From Stylophora pistillata (lineage: Eukaryota): a stretch of 63,709 bases of DNA. Below, one piece after another: positions 38,180 through 49,875 of this stretch; within the stretch, counting starts at the first letter, position 1; each line of letters opens with the position of its first letter. The notes under the pieces are model-generated. The model made no database searches. It was not told where the DNA came from and was given only the letters and a program-made list of their open reading frames with translations. The translations under genes were made by a program, and so were the position numbers. The stretch covers positions 324,290-387,998 of the forward strand of contig NW_019218072.1 in assembly GCF_002571385.2 (NCBI RefSeq), given 5' to 3'.

Positions 38180-38950
38180 ATGACCACACTGTTTTTCTTT
38201 ATCTCTATCGTGACTTGCATATTTCAAACACTCTCTCAAAACGCACTTTTGTTCTTAACCAAGGCGTAGAGATTATTGTTCGCATTCACACTGACTTACC
38301 CTCGGTTTTTGTAAACCGAGTGGTTTCGTTGTGGGTTTGTTTTGTTTCGTATCGGACTGGGTTATTTCGTACTTTATTGTATTGACTTTATTTGTTTGTT
38401 TGTTTTGTTATCTACCTAAATTTCACATTACAGCATTTTTCAAAGAATATCTTTTTATACACTTTTCATACACTTACGTAAATTGATCCAAACAATCTAA
38501 ATTAAACGTGACACTGCGCTTGAAAATTTATTAACTTACTGCAAATTCGGTGCAATTTTGAATAGTTCCTCAGATTTCGTAACACACAATTCTAAACTGT
38601 TCAACATATTTAAATGACGTGTCTACGTTTGCACGAAGACGCACGTGTAAGAGTCTTGCTAGTGGAAACTCTAGAAGATTAGCGCGCGCCTTGCTCAATA
38701 AATCATGGAAGTAACGAAAGTAAAGACTGATTAAGATATTCAGAAAATCGGCTGTCATGCGAAAGCGAAACTCAAAGATACGCCGGCACTGCCACCAAAG
38801 CGAAGGCGATCTTGTGGGTGATCTTCTTTGGAAGTCACGAGAACAGCCATACTGGGTAACTGGTGGGAAGCCGCACGGAAAAACTCGACGGGGATGTCGA
38901 AATGCATATCGTTAATCCACAGAATGTCACGAAAGATCGGAACTTCTAGA
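38180..38950 (+). pseudogene. Decayed multi-module prepropeptide paralog, head-to-head with gene B
   Basis: Acceptor at 38153, then MTTLFFFISIVTCIFQTLSQNA...* (signal peptide). The phase-0 exon from 38574 contains ARRR-TCKSLASGNS-RR. Further modules KRRRSCG* and TRRG-CRNAYR*STEC. Confidence 0.5.
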
Positions 38951-40744
38951 GTGTTAGAGAGGATTTGGTCCGGGAAATCCGCCCGGGAGGATGGGATAAG
39001 AAAGCGAATGTTTATGGTTATCATTGCTAACATCGTTGCGTGCTCATAATGCCTTTTTACAGCAATTCTACCGAAAAATGACATCAATTTTACTCCACAT
39101 TCACGTTTCAAAGTTGTGATCATCGATGAGAACTGCATTAAAGTACGAAAACCTTCTAAACTTAGAAGGATGGCTACTGATCACTTTTATTCATGATATG
39201 CCATTTTTTATCATGCATAGTGCCTAGTGCATAGTGCATAGTGCATAGTGCATAGTGCATAGCGCATCGGAAGGAAGACAACCATCACATCCAAAGTAAA
39301 GTAAACTAACGGATTTTGGAAATTTTCAAGTAAATTTTGAAAAGTGTACCACCCACTTAAACCTATCCATAATCTAAGGTTTTAAGGATACGCAGAACGC
39401 TTGTCACATTTGAGCAAAGCAGTTTACGGCCTTACGGCCTACAGGTAGAGGATCCTATTTCGAAAGACGAAAAAATGAGGTTTGAATTCTTTCAAGGAAC
39501 CAAGATTTTTTTCCCACTCTCACGAACATTTTTGACATCTACCCTCTTGACTTTGTCTATCAGGCTGTTAACTTAACAATCTTTCTCAATCTCCTTATCT
39601 CAATAGTTTTGGTAGTTTGATACTCATGTTACTTGTGAACCATTTGTGTCTTTTTTTTTTTCCACTTATAACACAGTCGTATGAAGTCGGAGAAATCTCA
39701 ATTTTGTCAAGCCTCAGTTTTAAAAACTCATCTACGTGAGATCAAAGATGCTTAGTGGAGGGGAGGATAAACCTGGTGAAACACTTGCAAATTTTTTTAG
39801 CGGGAACTATACAAATGATTACTGTCTCACTTTATTGTGATGTTCTCTTCGATAAATGAAGCGCTTCAACAGCTGACCTTATTGTGCTCTCTACTTCACT
39901 GGTAGAGCACAGGAGCAGGGAATGCAAAGCTGTGAGGTTCGATTTCACATAGGGAATCCCGAATTTTCTATTATTCTTTGGCCTGTGTGGGTGACAAGAC
40001 GAATGATTCCCAAGTACCCTTTGTTTCCACATTTGGCACATTTTTCTCAGCAATTAATCATATTTTGCTAACTGCATGGAGACAATCCTTAGCGAATAGT
40101 TCTTAGCTACCATTCTTTGTTATTTATACTTTGATAGATTGGAAAGACTCTTGAATTAATTCTCGCCAAATCTATTGACACTTAAACTTTTTGAGTATGT
40201 CTTCCGGACTTGAAGAGAATTTGCCATTCTAGAAAATTGTAACCTAGAAATGTTCCAATCAGCATAAGGCAGGGAAGTAGTTTGATTATTCGGAAAGAAC
40301 ATCAATCTCGATGAAACTGGACCATTTTAATTTTTGTTGTTTTGGTGAAAAAATTATAAACTTCGTGGTTTGGTTTGTCTCCGCATTTACTCTGTCGTCG
40401 ATTATGATTTCACACAAGAAGACGAAAATGACGCGGGCTTAGCTTTGTCATTCCACGGTTTCGAGGTTGTACAACTTTCGGGCACCATATTTCTTCGAAG
40501 CAACATGATTCCTGGTTTTCCTAAATAATCAGATGCATAGGGCCACAGCTTACGGAAACTATCATTCGTAGTTTGTATACAATTAAATGACCTATAAAAT
40601 TACTTTTCGACAACTAAAATTCTGGATTGAGAAAAACGTTGACAAAAAATAGAGTCGAAGTCAAGGCCACAGTTCTGAAATGTTAACAGAGTGAGGTTTC
40701 TTCTAAACTTACTATAAGAAGTATTACATTGCTTTACTATCTCA

Positions 40745-41260
40745 CTCAGGAGCCCACATGCAGAACAAAACCAGCATTCTGGAAGAAAGGTCAAGAAAAA
40801 CTGGCCTTGTTATCAACACCGCAAGGACCAAAGTCATGAAGATTAACTCATGTTCAAGGAGGAAGATCAGAGTGAATGACGCCGATATCGAAGAGGTGGA
40901 ATCGTTTACATACCTTGGGAGCGTAGTAGACACATGTGGGGGACCTGACGCAGACGTTGCAAACAGGATGAATAAAGCAAGAGGAGCCTTCCACTCCCTT
41001 AAGAAGATCTGGAGCTCTGGCAGCATATCTACATCAACTAAGCTGAAAATCTTCAACTCTAATGTAAAAGCTGTGTTTTTATACGGGGCAGAGACCTGGA
41101 GGATGAAAGTCAAAACGGCAAGAAAGTTACAATCATATGTCAGTCATTGTTTGCGTCGAATCCTGAAGATACATTGGACAGACAAGATCACAAACGAGGA
41201 GCTCTGGGAGTGGACAGGTCAAATACCGATGGTCAAGCAAGTGAGGAAGAGAAAATGGGT
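40745..41260 (+). mobile_element. RTE-clade LINE ORF2 fragment
   Basis: GLVINTARTKVM, EEVESFTYLGS, TKLKIFNSNVKAVFLYGAETW, CLRRILKIHWTDKITNEEL. Confidence 0.92.
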
Positions 41261-44200
41261 ACGCTTTGGCTTAGCAATTGAAAGAACTTCAGTTCTGGTG
41301 TTGAAATCCAATATCTTCAATCATCATCAAAAAAAAAAAATTAAATATATTTATGTGGCAGAAAGAGCATGGCTCATTTTAATTTCTAATAGATACTTAA
41401 CCTAAGTACCACTCAAGTTGTATCAGACTGGATGTCGGCCAATTTGAAAAGTTCATAATCGATATCGTGCAAAATATAAACTACCCTTTTTCTGCTGATG
41501 AAAGTGTGCGTCATTTTTGGTTTCCTCATTTTGTAAGATTGCAAGTAGGAATTTCCAGTTAGATTCTAATCATAGCATAGAGTGACTTAGATCTTCAGCC
41601 GCTCTGAGATAAAGGTCTATTATCTAAAGACAAAAAAAAGGACGATAACTGTGGGTATGTGCACCGTCACGCGTCTCTTATCAAAAGTTATGTAGCACTG
41701 GTTGTCGTCCACAAACTTTTGATCTCGCCTGGCACAATTTGGCTCTCCGGCGACCTCACTATTTATAGGTTGCGAATTAATTGATTTATTCTGTGATTTT
41801 ATTCTCGATACTGATCTTGACGAAAACTGCAAATTTTAACAGTTATTCAAAACTGCTAGTTTTAATTTTCATCGGAGAGGCTCTCCCCTTCAACACATTT
41901 TGTCAGCACACCAAATTCAACTCAAAACTGAAATATATCTATGGTACCTTTCAGTTGCCTTTTTAAAGTTTTAATGAATGCAAACAATCTAAGGGGTATA
42001 CTCAGCTCATGGCTCCAACTGAAACAGTAGCTGAAATAGTTTGCAAAGGTAGTCATTTCAACGTGTCGGGACGGATTTGGTGCACCAAATGCATTATGGC
42101 TGGCTCCCTTTGCTAGACTCCATTTCCCGTTCCATATGCAACAACAGTTGTTGTTGTTCTGTTACATAACACTGTCCTATCCTTGTAGTATGTTTACGTA
42201 GCTAAAATGATGCCTCTTTGAAGGAAACTTCAAAGTATTAGCTATTTACTCCTATGCATGTTTTGTATCTGTGCATGATCAATGTAAACCTTTCTAATCT
42301 AAAGAATTAAACCTACGGTTTAATTATTTTTCTTTTTTTTTTTGGAAGAAAATCGAAAATGCTATTAAAAGAAATAGATAAATAAACAAATGCTCATAGG
42401 TAGCTAATAGGAATGATTTCACTTTCCGCCACCTGTAGGGTGTACATAATATTGGAATACTTGGGTGTGTTTTTTTTTTTCCGGTCGCAGATATCTGCTA
42501 CGTGCACTTCTTTGACTTCTACCTCCAAAAGCAAATCCTAAGCTAACATCGTGAACTTGCTAAAAAAATACCTAGCGGAGGGGAGAAAGTTGTACTCTAT
42601 TACGTATCTTCCAACTTTTCTGACTCCCTGTTTTGTGTTTGTCCATGGTCTAAACCAATTAGACAAACAAAAAAAACCATACTTGCTTAGTTTTGGTCAG
42701 CTAACGATTTTTCAATGTTACAAATGAAAGCTTAAAACAACAGTCACTGGTGATTTACCCCCCTTTATACCAAATTTGTCAACCGAGATCCGACGACAAT
42801 TTGAAGAAATCTAACAGCTGGTTGTTTAATTGAAATGAGCTGAAAATAAAACCTCTTGAATTTATATTGTATTGCGGTTTTGCGGTCTTAGCGTTGTGAT
42901 GCAGGGCTGCCTGATTAAGCATTGCCTCTTATTTTGCCTCCCCACGGATTAGTTTCTTTAGAAGAAATCTTTTCGTTTGTCGAACTACGCTTTAGAAGTT
43001 TCTGGTGAGACAAAAAAAAAAAACAACAACAACAACAACAACAATCAACGTTATGCGCTAGTTTTAATTCCAAGTTATGAAAATGATTTTTTTCGCATGA
43101 CCTCACTCACTCTCAACCCATGCAAGTCACGTCTTTCTGATGATCGACGGAGAAAAAACTTCCGTAAACGTTGTTGTCTGGGAATATCATCAATGACATT
43201 GTTATAAAGACACTTTTTCTGTTCATTAAACTCGTCCCTTTACTATTTTGTTCTTCATTAGAGATGCGTAAATTGGCTTTTCGTTGAAAAAAATTGTCTG
43301 TGAAAATTGAAATTTTTAATGATATTTTGATAGGATTGTCCAAGACAATTTTCATACGAAAACGTGGAGTTACCCTCGAGCTCTTTTTAGCAACGCTACT
43401 AGGTTTCATTATGACTCGTTTAAACCGCTATCCATTAGCCTTTGACAAAAAAAAGTTGATACTGATAACGTTTGGGTAATTTTCAGTGTAATACGATTAG
43501 GTTAAAGTAGGGGTTTGTAATGATTTGTGGAGTGACAAACGGTGCGCATGCCAAGGCTAGGGTTAGGCTTACCCACATGCGCCGACAGAGTAAGGGTCAA
43601 AGAAAATCTACTTTTATTTGGTAACTCCTTAAGAAAGCTAAGTCTTAGCCGAATCATTTAGTAAACCAAGTGAAAAGGGTTAGAAACGAACCTAACACAT
43701 TCTTGAATTCGATTGGTTTCGGCTCAAGGATGTATGGTCAAACTGACCAACACTGAATTTCAGCACTAGCGGGTTTGCCAGCATTTTTAATGTCTCTCGC
43801 AGTTAATGAAATTTCACCAGCCATACTGTCTCGAAGGTCGATCTAAGTCACAAGGATGAACCTAAGAGAAGAAACATAGATTGTGCCTCCTTGAAACTAT
43901 AAAATAGACGAGATGCATTTTAAATTATTTATCGTGCGCCTGCATCATAATCGTCTTTGAATTCCACCATTTTGGTATTAGACCGACTTTCCTAAGTGTG
44001 GCTAATCGGTAAAGAGCCATAAAATTGAGTAGAGTTTTACGATGGATAAGTCTCCTAAATAATTGCTTGTCGGAGAATACACAAGGATATCTATATTTAT
44101 GCAATATCATTGAGGGTTTAAAAGGGGAACGTCTTGTATTCCTCTGTTTTCTTGATTGGCGGTAAAGGGTCTCTTGAATCTTGAAAAAGAATTATCTGAT

Positions 44201-45561
44201 CTTGAAATGTCGACAGCCTTGTGAGTATGAAAGTAACGCATTTGTTTTTTTGCAAGTTATCAAAGTTTAGGATCTGTTTTTTTTTTTACACTTGCGAAGG
44301 CGTCGATGAAAATGTAGCCTAGCGTGGAGATGTAGTTTTGAGCGACAAAATCAGCGTTTAATCTCTGTCGTTTTTAAATATTGCAATGTGGAAAATGCTA
44401 TATATTGCAAAAACAACGCGAAAAGAGAGTATTGCAGATCTATCCAATATTTCATGCTATTAATAACATTTAGGGCGATACAATGGTGGTGATAAAGATG
44501 AGTTTTAGAGCATAGTATACTGTTTGGTCGCGTCGCGGTCTCGGATTTTCAAACAGAACCCTCAACATCTGGCAATTCTCGGATTTCCCATTTGTCATCC
44601 CTGACTTATAGCATTTGCTGTTGTTGTTGTTGTTGTTTTTTTTTTAACAACATGTACTATGTTATAAAATGCTTTTAACTTGAGACTAGGTGGCTTTCCA
44701 TGATGCTTTTAGTTAACTATATCATCTAAGTATTTTGGAGGAACAAATGGTTTCACATTTGTTTAGCATTTAGTTTCTCAAATTCAAGTTCATGCGTAGG
44801 TCAATGTCCCTGCGTGGCCAATTTCGCATATACAGCCTTAGAGCTGCTGCACTTCCAACAAGATTTATTATCTTTCTCCTCTTACAAGAGACAAAGACTT
44901 TGTTCAGTTGAGGATTTCCACCTTTTTCTGTTCCCTTTTCGGGCAAAAGTTGAAAGGCAAATGTTCAAATGTTACTAGAAATGGGTTCTCTCAAGGTTCT
45001 AAGTCGTTCTCTCAAGCTTCAAAGTCTCCTTCTTTTAGTGTATTATGTAAGACGGGATCTGCAGAGTTATCATGATATAAAAATTAGCAATTTGCGTTAC
45101 CTCCTCTTTTTGCATTATTCCTGGAAAGCAACATTACTAGGCGTCTTAGGAAGTTGGTTTTTTTTTTGGCACAGTTTCCTTTTTGTTGATAACATCGCTT
45201 GTGTTTACTTGACCCCTCATTCCAATACCATCTAAGTTACTGTTATGCCGTGCATGCTTTCCCTGGAATTTCCCTGCATAAAATGACTTAGACTTATTGA
45301 TGTTAATGAAATTCTGAATGCGATTAAACATTTCGTCTAATTGATTAATTAAAAATATGCTCTGTGTGTTACTGCGAGTTGCAAAGTAAATCATATCCGT
45401 TTAATCTAATTGTCCCTCCATGCCTTTCAAGATCCACAATGATGCTGGCCAGTTTTTCTAATTCATCCGAAAAGAACTAAGGTCGTTAAATTATCTTTAT
45501 CACATCGCAGAGACATGATTCTTCCCAGATGATACCAAGGGTGACCTTGTTTCTTACACTC

Positions 45562-45601
<40 letters not shown>

Positions 45602-47052
45602 ACACTGTCAGTAAAGAGACTAAAAGTCCGAATGGGAACATTAAATTTGACTGCGCTCGATCTCTTTCCTCTAGGACCAGGCCGAAAACAGGGTGAACTA
45701 GCTGCGACTCAAAAGGTGTTTTTCAAGATTCGGAGCATTCCTTTTGAGCGCATACTTACCTTCTTTACTGAACAAAGAGACAAGGAGGTAGGTAAGGGGC
45801 TCTGCACAATTTACATGTAAGGCTACAGCAAAATTGCCAAACTTTGCTTCAAGAGCGAAATCAGTTGCAAAATAGCTCGTTACAATGAATATATGAAGTT
45901 CATATATTTTGAACTGCGGTTATAGATACGTATGATGCACGATCCTCGCAGTAGAATATACGTAAAATAGTTTGTGTCGGAGAACTCCCCCAAAAAGAAA
46001 GCAACAACAACAACTGTTACAATAGGAAAAATGCACAATCAACAGCCAAATTATTTTGAAAGATTTGGCCCCTTTTAATCTGATTGGATTATTTCAATTT
46101 TTTTCCTAGATTACAGATCCTCTTTTTAAAAGGTATTAAAATTTACTGTGAGAATTGACAAAAAATGCTTTATGTGAATGCTTCCATCTCGCTCAACCAG
46201 CAACTGTCTGAGAACCCTTTTCATTGCCGAAGCTATGCGCGTTGATAGAAGAATATGCAGTAATACTATGCGCCCACATGCAGAGATTTATTCTTTATTG
46301 TTGGTAAAATCCAATCAGCTAGTAATCCAGTATTGAGAGGCAAAACCCGTGTGATATACATAAACGGAAATGCACGATATGGATGTTCGTTTATAAGTGG
46401 GAGGAAGTGATTTGCAAGGTATTAGATAGGAGTTTAATATTATAACATCCTAACTGTCGTATAAACTCAGTGTATCCTCTTTATAAACTGATTTTCAAAC
46501 TTTCGCTCTTTTGCGTCAAGGTACTAAAAACAGACGAGTGTTGTTTATGTGGCAAATATGTGGTTTTATTATCCAACTACACTCCATAGAGTACAAATAA
46601 CGCCATAGACGAGTGCAAATATCACGCGGTATTTGTACTCCAGAGAACCGGTTAGACAGGTTTACTCGCATCGCCCAAGCGAAGAACTGAATTGAAGTTA
46701 CAAAAAGAAAAAATGGCGGACAATTTGAATCATATTTCTGAGGACGAAGAGTCGGAATGCCTGGCAAATATAGATCCAAGTTTATTAGATCAATCTAACG
46801 AAGAAAAAAAGCTAGACGACCAGGAAATTTCTTAATTTATTGAAGAAAATAGAAACAGCAACATGACAACGCGCCAAGTCCGTTCCGCTTTGCATACGTC
46901 TGTCATGCACTTCTCGTAAACAAACATCCGCGAAATTCGCCCGCACTGAAATAACAATTTGGCTCGTAGGATAATAAATAACTTATCAGACGTTTTGTTG
47001 TGTAGTATCGCTGAGTATTTTTACTCGTTATTTGAATTTTGACTCGCCCTAC

Positions 47053-47102
<50 letters not shown>

Positions 47103-47904
47103 CAACAAAACGTCTAATAAGATATATTTTCTCACAATCAGATACGTGCATCACGAGTGGTGCTTGAGATCATTTGGAATTTATATTGGTGAGCTTGATT
47201 AAAAGGTAATTGCAAACCTATTACTTTGATCCACTGAGATATTTTTGATAGTTAATTAATCCTTTACTGTCACTAGAGATTATCGCCTTCCGTCTGAGGT
47301 GTCTATTTTTGGAAATATCTCACGACAAATACGCCAGGATTTGTAAACACTTCCCGTCCACAAGTGCCTTTGTCTGAGAATAAGTGAAGTAAGATTGTTA
47401 CATCGAAAATTGTACTCGTATTCGCTTCCTGTCTACCCCAGATAGTTAACGAACAGCCCTCACAAGTTTACAACATGTAGAAAACATATTATATTGAAAA
47501 GAAAGCGTAGCATACTGCAGAAAGACATTTAAAACTAGTTTTAATAAGGTGTGCCTGTAGGAATCTCAAACTGTTTACAGGACGTGTTTTGCAAACCACA
47601 AGATTGAGAATATAAAAGTGAGCCACTTTCAATGCGAAATTATTGCCATGCTCAAGGCAATAAATACTTGCAATTCTCCTTTTCCTTCTCAGTCAACAAA
47701 TGAATTTGTATTTAGTAGGCTATTCCAAATTTGACTACCTTTGCTGGCCAGAATATTCTTGCTATCATTTGGACTGCTCGCAAACAAAAAGGGCAATTTA
47801 CGAACTTGTGAAGATGTTATCGTTGTTTTAAGTATTATTTGTAGAACATTTATTCTATTTTGCTTCGTATCGAGAGTCCATCCTTTTTACAGTTTCTTAG
47901 TTAC

Positions 47905-48383
47905 CTTTCCAGTCTACACAGTAAACCCCTAATATAACACAAGTCTTGAAAAAGACGGGTTTATAGTTTTGATTCAACCCAGCTCGGGCAGTCGAGCATT
48001 GTTCAATAATATTTGCATCATCAGTCATCTTTGAGCAATCACAAAGAAAGATATGTCGCCCAAAGTAGCAGTTTTTGGCCATCAGACAGTAGATAACAAC
48101 TTCTCAGCTATTGTAAACGCCAAGATGTACATGAATAATAAGATAAAATATTTCTTATGTGGGCTGAAGCCACGGAGCGACAAAACAGTTTTTAAAAATA
48201 ACTTGTCATTCAACAGGAAGCTCAAGTAAACTCTGAAATATCGAAGAGATTTAGATCTGAAATACATTGATCATGTCTGTCGTTGTCGCATCACGAGATG
48301 ACAGAGAAAAATGCTATTTGCGAAAACAAAGCTGCCACAACAACGGAACCTCTGGATTGACATCTTGAAGTTGGTGAGCGTCT
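47905..48383 (-). pseudogene. Possible decayed prepropeptide paralog
   Basis: Strong acceptor at 48383 and ATG at 48363, followed after a frameshift by hydrophobic SRGSVVVAALFSQIAFFSVIS*. Downstream AKN-CYFGRHIFLC resembles gene C CLSGHVYLC. Confidence 0.4.
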
Positions 48384-48601
48384 CTATTGAACAAGCAAAA
48401 AGAAGCACGCAAGCGAGAGCTGATTTCGTTTGGAGGCATTGATTGAACGACAATTCAACTCCGGAGCAGCGAGATTACTGATTGGAGAAACGTACTAGAA
48501 CTAGAGGATTGACTATTCTGGTTTTTGATATTGTGTACCGATAAAGAGAAGCTGCTTAAGGTACCATCACTTTTGCAACTCGGGTGTGTGGACGGTTCTA
48601 A

Positions 48602-49875
48602 TTAACACTGTGTGGAAGCACTCTGGAAACAGTGAGCGTTGATCAGTCTACGAACGCCGGACTTATGAAGGCTAGCTGCATTCCGAGTCGGCAAGGTGAC
48701 AAGGGATCTTGGAATTGTGCAGTTAATGGACCATAATCTGAAGTTATAATAGACCTGAACATTTTTTAATCCAGTGCAGGGGGTTAGTCTTTTCTTACGC
48801 TGGCATGCTTGAACTTTTATCAAATTCCTCAATCCAAGGTTTAACTGTAAGTCAGGATCTTGTTCTGCCATATCACTTCGAAGGACCTGTCACAAATTAT
48901 TTACCGTCACAATTTCAGTTCTTTGATTCGTACTTTCGCTCATGCGAAATGTTAAAGGCCCGTATTTTACAACAAAGCTAACTAGGGTCGCTTTGATATA
49001 CAAGCAGTGGACTTCGAATTTTCTCTTTTTAGGTTGGCTACTATGAATACATGAATGTTTTTGCTTTGCAAACCTTAAGCATGCTTAACCCTGTTAAAAA
49101 AATCAACTTTTAGATTAACAGTTCAGCTAAACTGACAATACTTTAGAACGTGGTCTTACTAAAAGCTAAGCTTTGTTCAGACAACCGGCCTAGTCATGAA
49201 AGGTTTAAACGTAAGGACATTTCGCGATCTTCATCACAAAAGCAGAAGGTTCCTCGAGGATCGGTACATGATTCAAGAACGTTCGGCTGAACTAAAATCC
49301 TTCGGAGGATGGTTGTTAAACTTTAGCTAAACTTTAATTTTAATCATCGATCCTATCAGGATCAAAGTACTAAGCATGAAGCGAATTTTTCGATCACCAA
49401 CGCTATAGCAAAAGGCTCTTTGATCACCTGTACAAGCATGTTTGAACTGCTCTTGATCACTGAAATCTTTGGTCGTCGCGGATTGGTAATCATTTCCTCA
49501 GTGATAACGAAGTTTCGCTCCGACGAAGGGCTAACGCTCGAAACGTCAGCTTTTGTAATCGTTACGGTGGCCAATTTACCATTTCAACTTTGTTGATATA
49601 TCCAAATTGTAACGAGGTTGACTCTGTCGCACTTGCTAAGACATAGCTCAAGTCCAATAACAACTGATACAGATGCTTAACAAAGGAAATCAGCTCACCT
49701 CCATCATTACTTGTAGGATTTGGGTTCGTTCGTCATGATTGTTGGGATGCTGGGTTTGTAACAACGCATTGACACAAATAAAACAACGTCGAAGGTCTCT
49801 GGCGGTTAGTTTTTATCTATACTTCTTTCATGTTGCTCAACAGAGTATTTGATCATCGATCTCGCTTTGGAATCC
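48602..49875 (-). pseudogene. Decayed multi-module prepropeptide paralog disrupted by a Penelope-type insertion
   Basis: Phase-0 exon 49875-49699, and a phase-0 exon from 49635 that is in frame once 49515-49609 plus one TSD copy is removed. Repeated modules KDFS..FKHA-CTGDQRAFC-YSVGDRK and KDFS../S-CTDPRGTFC-FCDEDRE. The exon from about 48886 contains RKKRLTPCTG. Confidence 0.55.
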
